A stretch of 64,000 nt of DNA from Patescibacteria group bacterium (GTDB lineage Bacteria; Patescibacteriota; Minisyncoccia; Phycocordibacterales; UBA9973): positions 83,179-147,178 of the forward strand of contig JBBTUV010000003.1 in NCBI GenBank assembly GCA_038063535.1. The letters are read 5' to 3'. The notes under the pieces were generated by a model. The model was not told where the DNA came from and made no database searches. It saw only the letters and a program-made list of their open reading frames with translations. Shown piece after piece: positions 20,833-30,372 of the stretch (its first letter is position 1; each line of letters opens with the position of its first letter). The position numbers and the translations under genes were made by a program.

Positions 20833-21115
20833 TTTAAAAAGGAAAAATCGGAATATGCGCGACCGCATTGTCGGCCGTGGGGGCAAACACGCCAAAACTT
20901 CCGGCCGCGGCGGGAAGGGTCAGACTGCTCGAGCCGGCAACAAGCGCCGGCCAGAATTGCGTGACATCATCAAGAAACTCCCGAAGAATCGGGGTTACAA
21001 GTTCAAATCCATTCGGAAAGCAAAGGTTGTTTCGGGAGAATCAGCGGGGAAGAAATCATTTTCCGCCCTACGCAAGGAGCTTAAGATAAAGGGTGGTAAA
21101 ATAGTCATAAGATAA
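20819..21115 (+). CDS. rplO: 50S ribosomal protein L15, shortened (98 aa)
   Basis: VGRGGKHAKTSGRGGKGQTARAG; position before secY. Confidence 0.88.
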   Translation: MQINNLKRKNRNMRDRIVGRGGKHAKTSGRGGKGQTARAGNKRRPELRDIIKKLPKNRGYKFKSIRKAKVVSGESAGKKSFSALRKELKIKGGKIVIR

Positions 21116-22386
21116 TGCAAACTTTTTGGAACAAACTGAAGCTTACCTGGACAGATCCCGGGCTCCGGAGGCGCATTTTATTTGTTCTCGGAGCTCTGGT
21201 AATTTTTCGGCTGCTCGCCTCGATTCCGATTCCGGGTATCGACGCGCTTCAGCTTAATCGCTTCCTTTCGAATAACCAATTCTTTGGGATACTCAATATT
21301 TTTTCCGGCGGAGGTCTTTCAAATCTCTCCATCCTCATGCTCGGAGTAGGCCCTTATATTACGGCCTCGATCATCATGCAGCTTCTCACAATCATGGTAC
21401 CCGCGCTTAAACGCATGTATCACGAAGAAGGTGAGGCGGGAAGAAAAAAGTTTACCCAGTACTCAAGGATACTCACAGTTCCGCTTGCCGCTATCCAGGG
21501 ATTTTCACTTCTCGCCATTCTCGAGAGCCAGAATATACTTCTGGACGTGGCACTCTTTGATCAGATTACCAATATCGTGGTGGTAGTCGCCGGAGCGATG
21601 CTCCTTATGTGGATCGGAGAGCTTATTACCGAGTTCGGCATCGGAAACGGCGTTTCCCTTCTCATCTTTGCCGGTATCGTGGCACAGCTTCCTACTGAGG
21701 TCGGCCAGCTCATCTTCTCTTTCGACACTTCACAAATTCCACTCTACCTCCTCTTTGTCGCGGTCGGGGCGCTGGTGATAGCGCTGGTGGTGTTCATCAC
21801 CGAAGCGGAAAGGCCGATACCAGTAACTTACGCAAAACAGGTGCGGGGGATGAAAATGTACGGCGGGGGTTCGACATATCTTCCACTTCGGGTGAATCAG
21901 GCGGGGGTCATCCCGATAATCTTCGCTCTCTCGATCCTTCTTTTCCCGCAGATGATCGGTACTTTTTTGGCCCGCTTCGACGGGCCGATAATTTCGAAGA
22001 TCTCGAACGCGCTCGTTGCTTTCTCGCAAACCTCGGTTCTTTACGCTGTGCTCTATTTCGTCCTCGTCTTCCTGTTTACTTATTTCTATACCGCAGTCAC
22101 TTTCGACCCCGAGTCACTCTCGAACAATCTCCAGAAAAACGGCGCCTTTATTCCCGGCATCCGGCCCGGTGTTTCCACCGCGCAGTATATATCAAAGATA
22201 CTTACCAGGATCACCACACTGGGTGCGATATTCTTGGGCTTTGTGGCAGTTCTGCCCTTGATTATGAGGGCGGCTACCGGCATCACTGCGATTGCGCTCG
22301 GCGGTACCGCTCTCCTCATTGTCGTCTCGGTAGTACTCGATCTAATCAAGAAAATAGACGCGCAAGTATCGATGCGCGAGTATTAG
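21115..22386 (+). CDS. secY: Preprotein translocase SecY
   Basis: LGVGPYITASII, GIGNGVSL, FIPGIRPG, GGTALLIVV. Confidence 0.98.
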   Translation: MQTFWNKLKLTWTDPGLRRRILFVLGALVIFRLLASIPIPGIDALQLNRFLSNNQFFGILNIFSGGGLSNLSILMLGVGPYITASIIMQLLTIMVPALKRMYHEEGEAGRKKFTQYSRILTVPLAAIQGFSLLAILESQNILLDVALFDQITNIVVVVAGAMLLMWIGELITEFGIGNGVSLLIFAGIVAQLPTEVGQLIFSFDTSQIPLYLLFVAVGALVIALVVFITEAERPIPVTYAKQVRGMKMYGGGSTYLPLRVNQAGVIPIIFALSILLFPQMIGTFLARFDGPIISKISNALVAFSQTSVLYAVLYFVLVFLFTYFYTAVTFDPESLSNNLQKNGAFIPGIRPGVSTAQYISKILTRITTLGAIFLGFVAVLPLIMRAATGITAIALGGTALLIVVSVVLDLIKKIDAQVSMREY

Positions 22387-22961
22387 CGTTCTGTTAGCCA
22401 CTCTCTGTAGCTTCTAACAATTATACGAGCAACCCCTTCGAGGTTGTTTTTGTTCGTGTCCACCACTAGATCGTAATTTTTTTTGTCGGTATGGTCTTCG
22501 ATGCTGTAGAGTTCTCTGTATCTTTTCCTTTCGCTCTCCAGGCGCTTGGTTATTTTTTCGTAAACTTCTTCCGAAGTTCCGGCACGTTTCTCGCTCGCTT
22601 GCCGCAGTTTGTTCTCCTCGAAATCCTTAAAAATTCTTTCTTTCGATATATTGAGCGGGAGGTCCAAAAATACCTTGAACGATTCAGGGATCCAGTGGAA
22701 GGCGAGCCGTGAATCTATTACCGTCCCGCCGCGATTGCGGAGTTTTTTCACTTCTTCATCTATCGCCTGGTCGATCGAGGTGTCTTTTTCCGCCATCTCC
22801 GAAAGTTTGTTCAGAGTCACGCCGCGCTCGAGCGCGATCTTGCGCATGAAATCTCCGCTCGAAAATCTGTCATAGCCGAGCTCTCGGGCCACCAGGTCAG
22901 CAGTCGAAGATTTTCCCGCCCCCGGTACCCCGTTTATCGTGATAATCTCCTTTCTTACCAT
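22383..22961 (-). CDS. cmk: Cytidylate kinase, short archaeal-like type
   Basis: ITINGVPGAGKSS P-loop, SSGDFMR, IDSRL, ERKRYRELY, YDLVVDT. Confidence 0.8.
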   Translation of the reverse strand: MVRKEIITINGVPGAGKSSTADLVARELGYDRFSSGDFMRKIALERGVTLNKLSEMAEKDTSIDQAIDEEVKKLRNRGGTVIDSRLAFHWIPESFKVFLDLPLNISKERIFKDFEENKLRQASEKRAGTSEEVYEKITKRLESERKRYRELYSIEDHTDKKNYDLVVDTNKNNLEGVARIIVRSYREWLTER

Positions 22962-22991
22962 TGGGAAGATAATATGTTATATTCTCTAAGC

Positions 22992-23585
22992 ATGCAAGGT
23001 GAAACATTCGTATTTTTCGGCATTGTGGGTTCCGGCAAGGGCACCCAGGTGAAACTCCTGAAAGAGTATCTTGAGAAAAAATCTGGAAGGGAGTGTGTGT
23101 ATATTGGCACGGGTGAGATCTTTAGAAAAATATTGCAGTCATCAGAAAATAATACTGACACGGAAATTGTAAAGGAAATTTTAAGTTCTGGCAGGTTAAT
23201 GCCAGATAGCGAGACTAATAAGCTCGTCGCGAATGCGATTAGGGCGCAGTGGGTGCCGGGAAAACACTTGCTTTTCGATGGCTACCCAAGAACTGTGCCT
23301 CAGTCGAAGTTTTTTGAAGAAATGACCAATTCCTACAAAATAGAAAATGTGAAAATTATTTATATTGAGCTTAGTAAAGATGAAGCAATGAAACGCAACC
23401 TGCTTCGCGGCAGGCACGATGACACGAAAGAGGGTCTCACGAAGAGGTTTGAAGAATATGAAAAAAATGTAGTACCCGCCATGAATTATTTTAAGGAAAA
23501 ATCGGGCTACACGATCTACCAAATAAATGGGGAACAGAGCATCGAGAATGTAAAGAAAGATATCATTAACGCTCTAAATTTATAA
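22992..23585 (+). CDS. adk: Adenylate kinase family (short LID)
   Basis: GIVGSGKGTQ, DGYPRT, RGRHDD; start moved to ATG 22992. Confidence 0.88.
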   Translation: MQGETFVFFGIVGSGKGTQVKLLKEYLEKKSGRECVYIGTGEIFRKILQSSENNTDTEIVKEILSSGRLMPDSETNKLVANAIRAQWVPGKHLLFDGYPRTVPQSKFFEEMTNSYKIENVKIIYIELSKDEAMKRNLLRGRHDDTKEGLTKRFEEYEKNVVPAMNYFKEKSGYTIYQINGEQSIENVKKDIINALNL

Positions 23586-23586
23586 A

Positions 23587-24267
23587 ATGAACGAAACCAT
23601 AATCATTTCCCTGGGAGGATCCTTGATTGTGCCAGACGCCATCGACATTGAATTTTTAAAGGATTTTAAATCACTGATCCTGTCTGAAGTGGAAAAAGGA
23701 AAAAGATTCGTCATAATTACGGGCGGAGGTAAAATTGCGCGTAGATATATAGACGTCGCAAAAGATCTGGTGACACCGCCCGATGAGGATCTCGATTTTA
23801 TCGGGATAGCTGCCCTTAGGTTAAATGCGGAGCTACTAAGAGTAGTTTTCGGGAATCAGGCTTATTCAAAAGTTATTTCAGATCTATCGGGTGATCTTTC
23901 TTTTCAAGAATCGATAATCATAGGTTCGGCATATGAGCCGGGGCATAGCACGGATTGGGACGCAGTCTTGGCAGCCAAGAACAAAAAAGCGAAAAAGATC
24001 GTTAATTTGTCTAATGTAAATTATGTATATGATTCTGACCCAAATAAAAATCCCCATGCAAAAAAGATTGAAAAAATTTCCTGGGAAGAATATAAAAAAA
24101 TTATTCCGGGTAGTTGGACCTCGGGACTCAATTCTCCCTTTGACCCTACTGCGTCCGAGGAAGCGGAGGAAGCGGGGATAGAAGTGGTAATTATGAATGG
24201 AAAACCGCTTGATAATTTCGCAAATTATCTTGCGGGCAAAAGTTTTCAGGGTACAGTCATCTCTTAA
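23587..24267 (+). CDS. pyrH: UMP kinase, archaeal-type
   Basis: ISLGGS, TGGGKIARRY, PGHSTD, VYDSDP, PFDP. Confidence 0.88.
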   Translation: MNETIIISLGGSLIVPDAIDIEFLKDFKSLILSEVEKGKRFVIITGGGKIARRYIDVAKDLVTPPDEDLDFIGIAALRLNAELLRVVFGNQAYSKVISDLSGDLSFQESIIIGSAYEPGHSTDWDAVLAAKNKKAKKIVNLSNVNYVYDSDPNKNPHAKKIEKISWEEYKKIIPGSWTSGLNSPFDPTASEEAEEAGIEVVIMNGKPLDNFANYLAGKSFQGTVIS

Positions 24268-24268
24268 T

Positions 24269-25027
24269 ATGATTGCAAAGACAAAAGAGGAGATTGAAAT
24301 CTTGCGCGAAGGGGGCAAGAGGCTCGGGGAGATTTTACAAAAAGTCGGGAAACTCGTTGCGCCGGGTATCTCTACGAAGAAGCTCGACGAGTACGCCGAG
24401 AAACTAATCCAGGAAGGCGGAGATACACCGGCTTTTTTGAATTATCAACCCGAAGGCGCGAAATATCCCTATCCGGCGAGTTTGTGCGTTTCTATAAATG
24501 ACGAAGTCGTGCACGGCATTCCGACTGCGGAGAAGATTTTAAAAGACGGCGACATTGTTGCCATTGATCTTGGCTTAAAACACCGAGGCCTATTTACTGA
24601 TGCGGCCATATCTGTGCCGGTGGGGAAAATCGATCCCGAATCAAAGAAACTACTCGAGACTACTCGCAAAGCTCTCGCGAAAGGGATTTCAGCCGCCCGC
24701 GCCGGGAATTATGTAGGCGATATAAGTTACGCCATAGAAAGCGCCATCCGCCCGCATGGCTACGGAATAGTAGAGATCCTCGCCGGGCACGGCGTTGGGC
24801 GGGCAATTCACGAAGACCCCTACGTGCCGAATTTCGGCAGGCCCGGCACGGGCGCAAAACTTGTGCCGGGGATGGTGATCGCTATCGAGCCGATGGTAAA
24901 CCTCGGAACGAAAAACGTGAAGCTTGATCCAGACGGCTACACTTACCGGACTCGCGACGGCTCACCGAGCGTCCACTTCGAGCACACGGTTTTAATAACC
25001 AACAAAGGTGCGGAAATCCTAACCTAA
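24269..25027 (+). CDS. map: Methionine aminopeptidase type I
   Basis: SINDEVVHGIP, GHGVG..IHEDP, AIEPM, HFEHT; start moved to ATG 24269. Confidence 0.97.
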   Translation: MIAKTKEEIEILREGGKRLGEILQKVGKLVAPGISTKKLDEYAEKLIQEGGDTPAFLNYQPEGAKYPYPASLCVSINDEVVHGIPTAEKILKDGDIVAIDLGLKHRGLFTDAAISVPVGKIDPESKKLLETTRKALAKGISAARAGNYVGDISYAIESAIRPHGYGIVEILAGHGVGRAIHEDPYVPNFGRPGTGAKLVPGMVIAIEPMVNLGTKNVKLDPDGYTYRTRDGSPSVHFEHTVLITNKGAEILT

Positions 25028-25046
25028 ATCTAGTATAATTATCTAG

Positions 25047-27770
25047 ATGGAGCCGTCGTTTTTTAAAGAGACTCCGAGATTCAAGACTCCGGAAGAGGAG
25101 CTTGAGTTTCTGCGCGCTCATGTGGCGCGCAGAGAGCAGGAGCTCGTGGGAAGAGGAGAAAATAAAGAGCAAGCTGTGCATGAGACGCTCGAGGCGTATA
25201 AGAAAATTCCGGCCGGAGAGCTGATTCATAAAGAGAACGCGATCGGAGAACACGAGGCGGATAAGATAGTTCTCAATCTAAAGCCGGAAGCACACGACAA
25301 GATAATGGAAGAGCTCCTTGGAATAGCGATGGCAAAAGGCATCAAGAACGCTCTTTCAGTGGTGGAGAAGATGAATAACCCGCATGTTGACGACGACTTT
25401 CACCGGCTGCTTATCCAATACATAAAAAGCGGGCCCAAAACGGAACTGAAGCAGCCTCTTCTCTCTGAACTCAATATGACTCTCTTTGAGGTCACTCTGC
25501 CGCCTCCTCAAGAAGAGGCAGACAAATCTAAGGGCTTTAAGGAGTTCATCGGCGCTATGGAGCAGTTTTATGCGGGCATGAGCTCGACCGAGGGCTATTT
25601 TACCCTTGAGGTCGCGCTTAGTGCGGCGAGCGACGAAGTGGTAGTCTACGCCGCGATCCCCAACAAATATATCTCACTATTTGAGAAACAAGTTCTCGCT
25701 TTTTATCACGACGCGAAAATCCGCGAAGTTTCCGATGACTACAATGTCTTCTCTGATATGGGCGCTTCGGTCGGCGCCTATGCCGAGCTCAAGGAGCGCG
25801 CGGTCATGCCCCTCAAGACCTACGACAATATCGATCACGACCCGATGAACACCATACTCAATGTCTTTTCAAAATTAAAGACTTCGGGTGAAGGAGCGGC
25901 GATACAGCTCGCCATTGCCCCGGCCGGAGACAAATACATCGACCAGTTCCATCATATTCTCGATGATGTGAAGGAGGGTATGTCGGTGAAGCACGCGGCG
26001 GATAATTTTTACAAGTTCAACAGGGCATTTCTGGATGTTGGTAAGGAGCTCGTCTTCGGCGTCAAGAAGCCCTCCGGTGAGAAAAAAGAGTCGGAAATGA
26101 AAGGGCGCAGGGCGGTGGACCAAGGGGCGGTCGAGAAGATCGGCAACAAAATAAAATCGAACGTGATGAAAGCGAACATTCGGGTGATCGCTTCCGCGGA
26201 GACACCGGGGCGGGCCCGGGATATACTGCGGGAAATAGAATCTTCCTTCAATCAGTTCTCCGAGGCGGCCTCGAATGCGGTCGTCTTCCTCGAGGAAAAA
26301 GGCTCGGATTTGAAGAAATTTTTCCACGATTTTTCCTATCGGGCGTTCTCCGAAGAAAAAATCATGCCGCTTAATCTCAAGGAACTTGCTTCGATCTTCC
26401 ATTTCCCGGTCGGTATCGGTTCCCAACCACAACTCAAAGAAGCCCGCTCCGGCATCGCACCTGCCCCGCTTGAGCTCGGGAGCGAAGGAATACTTCTTGG
26501 CATAAACAGCTACCGCGGGCGCGATACGGAGGTACACCTCGCGCGAGAAGACAGGATGCGGCATTTCTATGTGATCGGCCAGACCGGCACCGGAAAGACC
26601 AACATCATGCTCAATATGATCACGCAAGACATAAAGAATGGCGACGGCTGCTGCTATATAGACCCGCACGGCACGGACATCCAGACGATCCTCTCTCGAG
26701 TTCCCAAAGAGCGTGTCGATGACGTTATCTATTTCGACCCGGCGTATACAGCCAGACCAATGGGGCTCAACATGCTCGAGTATGACCCGAAGTATCCGGA
26801 GCAGAAAACTTTCGTAGTAAACGAAATGATGGGAATTTTCAATAAACTCTTTGATATGAAGATTGGGGGCGGGGCGATGTTTGAGCAATATTTCCGAAAC
26901 TCAGCGTTCCTCGTGATGGAAGACCCGACTTCAGGCTCGACCCTTCTGGAAATTACTCGCGTTTTGGCCGACAAAGAGTTTCGCGACATGAAATTAGCGC
27001 GCTGCAAGAACCCGATCATCAGGCAATTTTGGGTCTCGGCCGAGCAGACGACCGGCGACCAGTCGCTCGCAAACTTCGTGCCTTACATCTCTTCGAAATT
27101 CGACAACTTCATCTCAAATGACATCATGCGGCCGGTTGTACTGCAGCAGAATTCTGTGTTCAACTTCCGGAAGATCATGGACGAGAAGAAAATTCTCTTG
27201 GTTAACCTCTCGAAGGGGAGACTGGGGGACATAAACGCGAATCTGATCGGGCTCGTACTCGTAGGCAAGATACAGATGGCAGCGCTATCGCGAGTAGATA
27301 TGTTCGGCAAACCCATGAACGACTTCTATCTTTACATCGACGAGTTCCAGAACGTCACCACTGATTCGATCGCCTCTATCCTTTCGGAGGCGCGCAAATA
27401 CAGGCTGTCTCTTAACATCGCGCACCAGTACATCACCCAGCTTGAAGAGAACATCAAGAACGCGGTTTTCGGAAACGTCGGCTCGCTCGCAGTCTTTCGA
27501 GTGGGGACCGAGGATGCGAACTTTTTAGAAGCTAAGTTCAAGCCGATTTTCAACGCGCACGACATAACTAAACTTGAGAATTTTAATGCCTACATGTCCA
27601 TGCTGGTGGCCGGCTATCCCGTCAAACCCTTCAACCTTAAAACCCTGCCGCCTGAAGCCGGCAACCCTGGCATCGTTGACTCGCTTAAAGAACTTTCCTA
27701 CGTCAAATACGGCAGAGACAGGGGAGAAGTGGAAGCAGAAATCATGGCAAGGTTTAACACCATGCAGTAA
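25047..27770 (+). CDS. VirD4/TraG/HerA-like coupling ATPase of the type common in CPR
   Basis: Walker A GQTGTGKT, IDPHG, Walker B LYIDEFQN, LSEARKY..AHQY, FGNVG. Confidence 0.85.
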   Translation: MEPSFFKETPRFKTPEEELEFLRAHVARREQELVGRGENKEQAVHETLEAYKKIPAGELIHKENAIGEHEADKIVLNLKPEAHDKIMEELLGIAMAKGIKNALSVVEKMNNPHVDDDFHRLLIQYIKSGPKTELKQPLLSELNMTLFEVTLPPPQEEADKSKGFKEFIGAMEQFYAGMSSTEGYFTLEVALSAASDEVVVYAAIPNKYISLFEKQVLAFYHDAKIREVSDDYNVFSDMGASVGAYAELKERAVMPLKTYDNIDHDPMNTILNVFSKLKTSGEGAAIQLAIAPAGDKYIDQFHHILDDVKEGMSVKHAADNFYKFNRAFLDVGKELVFGVKKPSGEKKESEMKGRRAVDQGAVEKIGNKIKSNVMKANIRVIASAETPGRARDILREIESSFNQFSEAASNAVVFLEEKGSDLKKFFHDFSYRAFSEEKIMPLNLKELASIFHFPVGIGSQPQLKEARSGIAPAPLELGSEGILLGINSYRGRDTEVHLAREDRMRHFYVIGQTGTGKTNIMLNMITQDIKNGDGCCYIDPHGTDIQTILSRVPKERVDDVIYFDPAYTARPMGLNMLEYDPKYPEQKTFVVNEMMGIFNKLFDMKIGGGAMFEQYFRNSAFLVMEDPTSGSTLLEITRVLADKEFRDMKLARCKNPIIRQFWVSAEQTTGDQSLANFVPYISSKFDNFISNDIMRPVVLQQNSVFNFRKIMDEKKILLVNLSKGRLGDINANLIGLVLVGKIQMAALSRVDMFGKPMNDFYLYIDEFQNVTTDSIASILSEARKYRLSLNIAHQYITQLEENIKNAVFGNVGSLAVFRVGTEDANFLEAKFKPIFNAHDITKLENFNAYMSMLVAGYPVKPFNLKTLPPEAGNPGIVDSLKELSYVKYGRDRGEVEAEIMARFNTMQ

Positions 27771-27785
27771 TAAGATATATTTTTT

Positions 27786-28550
27786 ATGAAATTTAATTCT
27801 CTACAGTCTTTTCCGAAGTCCGCAGAAAACAGTAGGGAGGGGATAGTGGATACGCTACAACTTTTAAAAGTTGAGTCAATGTTAGGAAAGATTTACAAAT
27901 CTCACAGAGACCCAAACAAAAGAGCCGCCGCAGTTTTGCAAGAAGCTGAACCTTATTTTCGTCATATTAGTAAAGAAATTATTTCCAACGATAAAATAGA
28001 GGAAATAAAACAAGCTTTAGAGAAATATGGAAGAATCGAAGACCAGAAAGAGTTTGTAAAAAAAGTCATGGAGGCTTTAAGTGCGGTCTTTGCCCTTAGG
28101 AAAACGAACCCAAAAGAGTATGAAGAAGGGCTAGCTAGAGCAGCAAATGAAAAAGCAGGATATATAGAATTGAATAGAGTAGTAAGTTATGAAAAAAAGA
28201 GAAGAGGGATTATCGCACTTCATCATTCCTCGGCAAAAATGGTAAATCCGCTTCGGTTGAATGCTTTGTATAAGGAAGCTATGAAGAAATTAGCAAAGAT
28301 AGTTGCGGCTGATCCTGAGGTGAGACAGATTGAAGCTATTTCTTGGATTGTAGCAAAAGCCCCTGCTCTCTTTACAGAAAATGGCTTTACCGTAGAAAGA
28401 ATGAGAGATCTACCTAATTTGGATTATTTATCTCCTGTCACTTCGGGCGATATGAAAGACCAGCAGGGAAAGAGAATAGCTCTAGCGGTTATAAAAAGAG
28501 AAGATTTTTTGAATAGGTTTTTAGAAAAAAATGACAATGGAAGAATTTGA
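27786..28550 (+). CDS. Hypothetical protein
   Basis: 254-aa AT-rich ORF co-oriented with neighbours. Confidence 0.7.
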   Translation: MKFNSLQSFPKSAENSREGIVDTLQLLKVESMLGKIYKSHRDPNKRAAAVLQEAEPYFRHISKEIISNDKIEEIKQALEKYGRIEDQKEFVKKVMEALSAVFALRKTNPKEYEEGLARAANEKAGYIELNRVVSYEKKRRGIIALHHSSAKMVNPLRLNALYKEAMKKLAKIVAADPEVRQIEAISWIVAKAPALFTENGFTVERMRDLPNLDYLSPVTSGDMKDQQGKRIALAVIKREDFLNRFLEKNDNGRI

Positions 28551-29127
28551 AATAAAATTTTTGGAAGTTAATGTGCCGGAGCTCGAGAAGAAGCTCCTCT
28601 CGATTGGGGCGGAGAAAGTGGGGGAATATGATCAACACATGTTTCTTTTTGATTATCCGGATTTTCGCTTAGATAAGGATCATTCTTGGGTAAAACTTAG
28701 AACTAACGGTAAGGAAACCACATTATCTTATAAGCAAAGAATAGGAGTAAAGTCGACGGATGGAAGTATCCCGGATCAAGGTATGAAAGAAATAGAAGTC
28801 GTAGTAGATAATTTTGAGAAGGTGTATGAGATATTTCTGGCTATGAGTTTTGTTATAAAAAGAGAAGTTCGAAACAGAAGACTGCGCTATAAGAAAGAAA
28901 GTTCTGTATTTGATATCGATTTTTGGCCTGAGATTCCTCCGTATGTGGAAGTCGAAGCAGACTCGCTTGAAAATGTGAAAAAGGCAGCAAGAGAACTTGG
29001 GTTTGACTCAGACAAGGGCCTTGTATGTTCTCCCCTCCAAGTCTATGCCCATTACGGATACGATATGGATCAATATAATTCTGTTACGCTAGAAGGCGGT
29101 TTAAAAAAAGTTGATTTTGCAAATTAA
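28531..29127 (+). CDS. CYTH-domain (class IV adenylate cyclase / triphosphatase-like) protein
   Basis: N-terminal EFEIKF (ExExK), KLR, KEIE, YVEVE. Confidence 0.85.
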   Translation: MTMEEFEIKFLEVNVPELEKKLLSIGAEKVGEYDQHMFLFDYPDFRLDKDHSWVKLRTNGKETTLSYKQRIGVKSTDGSIPDQGMKEIEVVVDNFEKVYEIFLAMSFVIKREVRNRRLRYKKESSVFDIDFWPEIPPYVEVEADSLENVKKAARELGFDSDKGLVCSPLQVYAHYGYDMDQYNSVTLEGGLKKVDFAN

Positions 29128-29154
29128 ATTTTTTCTGTTAAGATAACAATCAAT

Positions 29155-29739
29155 ATGAAACACCCGAAAGAGGAACAGACGTTTGTCTTGGTGAAACCCG
29201 ACGGGGTCCGGAAGGGCCTGACGGGCGAGACAATCCGCCGCTTTGAGCAAAGGGACTTGAAGATAGTCGCTCTTGAGATGTTTTCTCCGACGCATGAGCT
29301 CCTTGATACGCATTACCCGAAAGACGAAGCATGGATAACCCGCCTGGGCGAGAAAACCAAGGCAACTTACGAGAAATACGGATACGACATGCTCGCGGAT
29401 TTTGGCACGACCGACACGGCGAAGGTTGGCCCGGAGATAAGGAAGTGGCTGGTTGACTACATGAAGAGCGCACCCCTTGTAAAAATGATCGTGCAGGGCG
29501 TTCACGCCGTTGACGTGGTCCGAAAGATCGCAGGGCCGACGATGCCGTACCTTGCCGAGGTCGGCACTATCCGCGGAGACTTCTCCATCGACTCTCCAGC
29601 CTTGGCAAACAAAGAAAAACGTGCCGTGATGAACATTTTGCATTGCTCCGAAACCGCCGAGGAAGCCGAACATGAGATCAAGCACTGGTTTGGCGCTTCG
29701 AAAACACACGATTATAAAAGATTCGGGGTTGACGAATAA
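29155..29739 (+). CDS. ndk: Nucleoside diphosphate kinase
   Basis: TFVLVKPDGV, GTIRGDF, NILHCSE. Confidence 0.95.
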   Translation: MKHPKEEQTFVLVKPDGVRKGLTGETIRRFEQRDLKIVALEMFSPTHELLDTHYPKDEAWITRLGEKTKATYEKYGYDMLADFGTTDTAKVGPEIRKWLVDYMKSAPLVKMIVQGVHAVDVVRKIAGPTMPYLAEVGTIRGDFSIDSPALANKEKRAVMNILHCSETAEEAEHEIKHWFGASKTHDYKRFGVDE

Positions 29740-29823
29740 GTACGAGCAGCGGGCGAGCATTCGAAAACACTAAATTATTATTGTCTATACTTGCGCAAAG
29801 GCAGGAGAGGGGTAGACTTAAGG

Positions 29824-29949
29824 TAGGGTTATTTTTAATTATTACCTAGAACAATATTTTTTGGGAACTTCGATCGCGCTCAGCCTTGGCCCTGCACGTC
29901 TGGTACCCACCTAAGCGAGAGCTATGGTAATAAATTGGGAATAGCCCTA
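29824..29949 (+). ncRNA. ssrS: Compact 6S-like RNA
   Basis: Long closing helix (TAGGGTTATTTTTAATTATTACCTAG pairs with CTATGGTAATAAATTGGGAATAGCCCTA), central bubble GAACAATATTTTTT-GGGAAC / GTACCC-ACCTAAGCG; promoter TTGCGC-16-TAGACT upstream, terminator downstream. Confidence 0.7.
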
Positions 29950-29955
29950 AGAAAG

Positions 29956-29984
29956 AATCCGCCGCTTCAAAAGGCGGATTTTTT
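29956..29984 (+). terminator. Intrinsic terminator of the ncRNA
   Basis: AATCCGCC / GGCGGATT stem followed by T run. Confidence 0.75.
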
Positions 29985-30012
29985 CGTACTAATCGGATAT
30001 AATACTTATAAG

Positions 30013-30372
30013 ATGCAAAAGGACAAACAACCGATTTTCGTCGCCGGGTTCATTTTTTTAATTTTGATCATAAACTTCGCGGCGATGAAGTTCCACTGGT
30101 ATTACACAATTGCCTGGTTCGACATGCCGATGCACTTTCTCGGGGGGCTCTGGATCGGCTTTGCTCTATTTTACTTCGCGCGAGGCGAGCTGTCTTTTGT
30201 AAAATTCATCGGTTGGGTACTCGGAATAGGAGTTTTGTGGGAAGTGTTCGAACTTTTTAACAATCACTACTTCGGCACTCAAGATCCGTTTGATCTTCTC
30301 GACACACTTTCCGATTTTCTGTTTGATCTCTTGGGCGGAACTGCGGCATATTTGATGAAGCAAAAACGATGA
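30013..30372 (+). CDS. Small membrane protein (DxxxH / WE / DTLxD motifs)
   Basis: WFDMPMHFLGG, LWEVFE, DTLSD; start moved to ATG 30013. Confidence 0.75.
   Translation: MQKDKQPIFVAGFIFLILIINFAAMKFHWYYTIAWFDMPMHFLGGLWIGFALFYFARGELSFVKFIGWVLGIGVLWEVFELFNNHYFGTQDPFDLLDTLSDFLFDLLGGTAAYLMKQKR

Noticed and set aside
25875-26888. Long antisense ORFs (also 12811-13413, 14278-14922, 16139-16771, 29101-29760, 35482-36171, 54042-54653)
   Set aside because: Shadows of well-conserved genes on the opposite strand with no recognisable motifs
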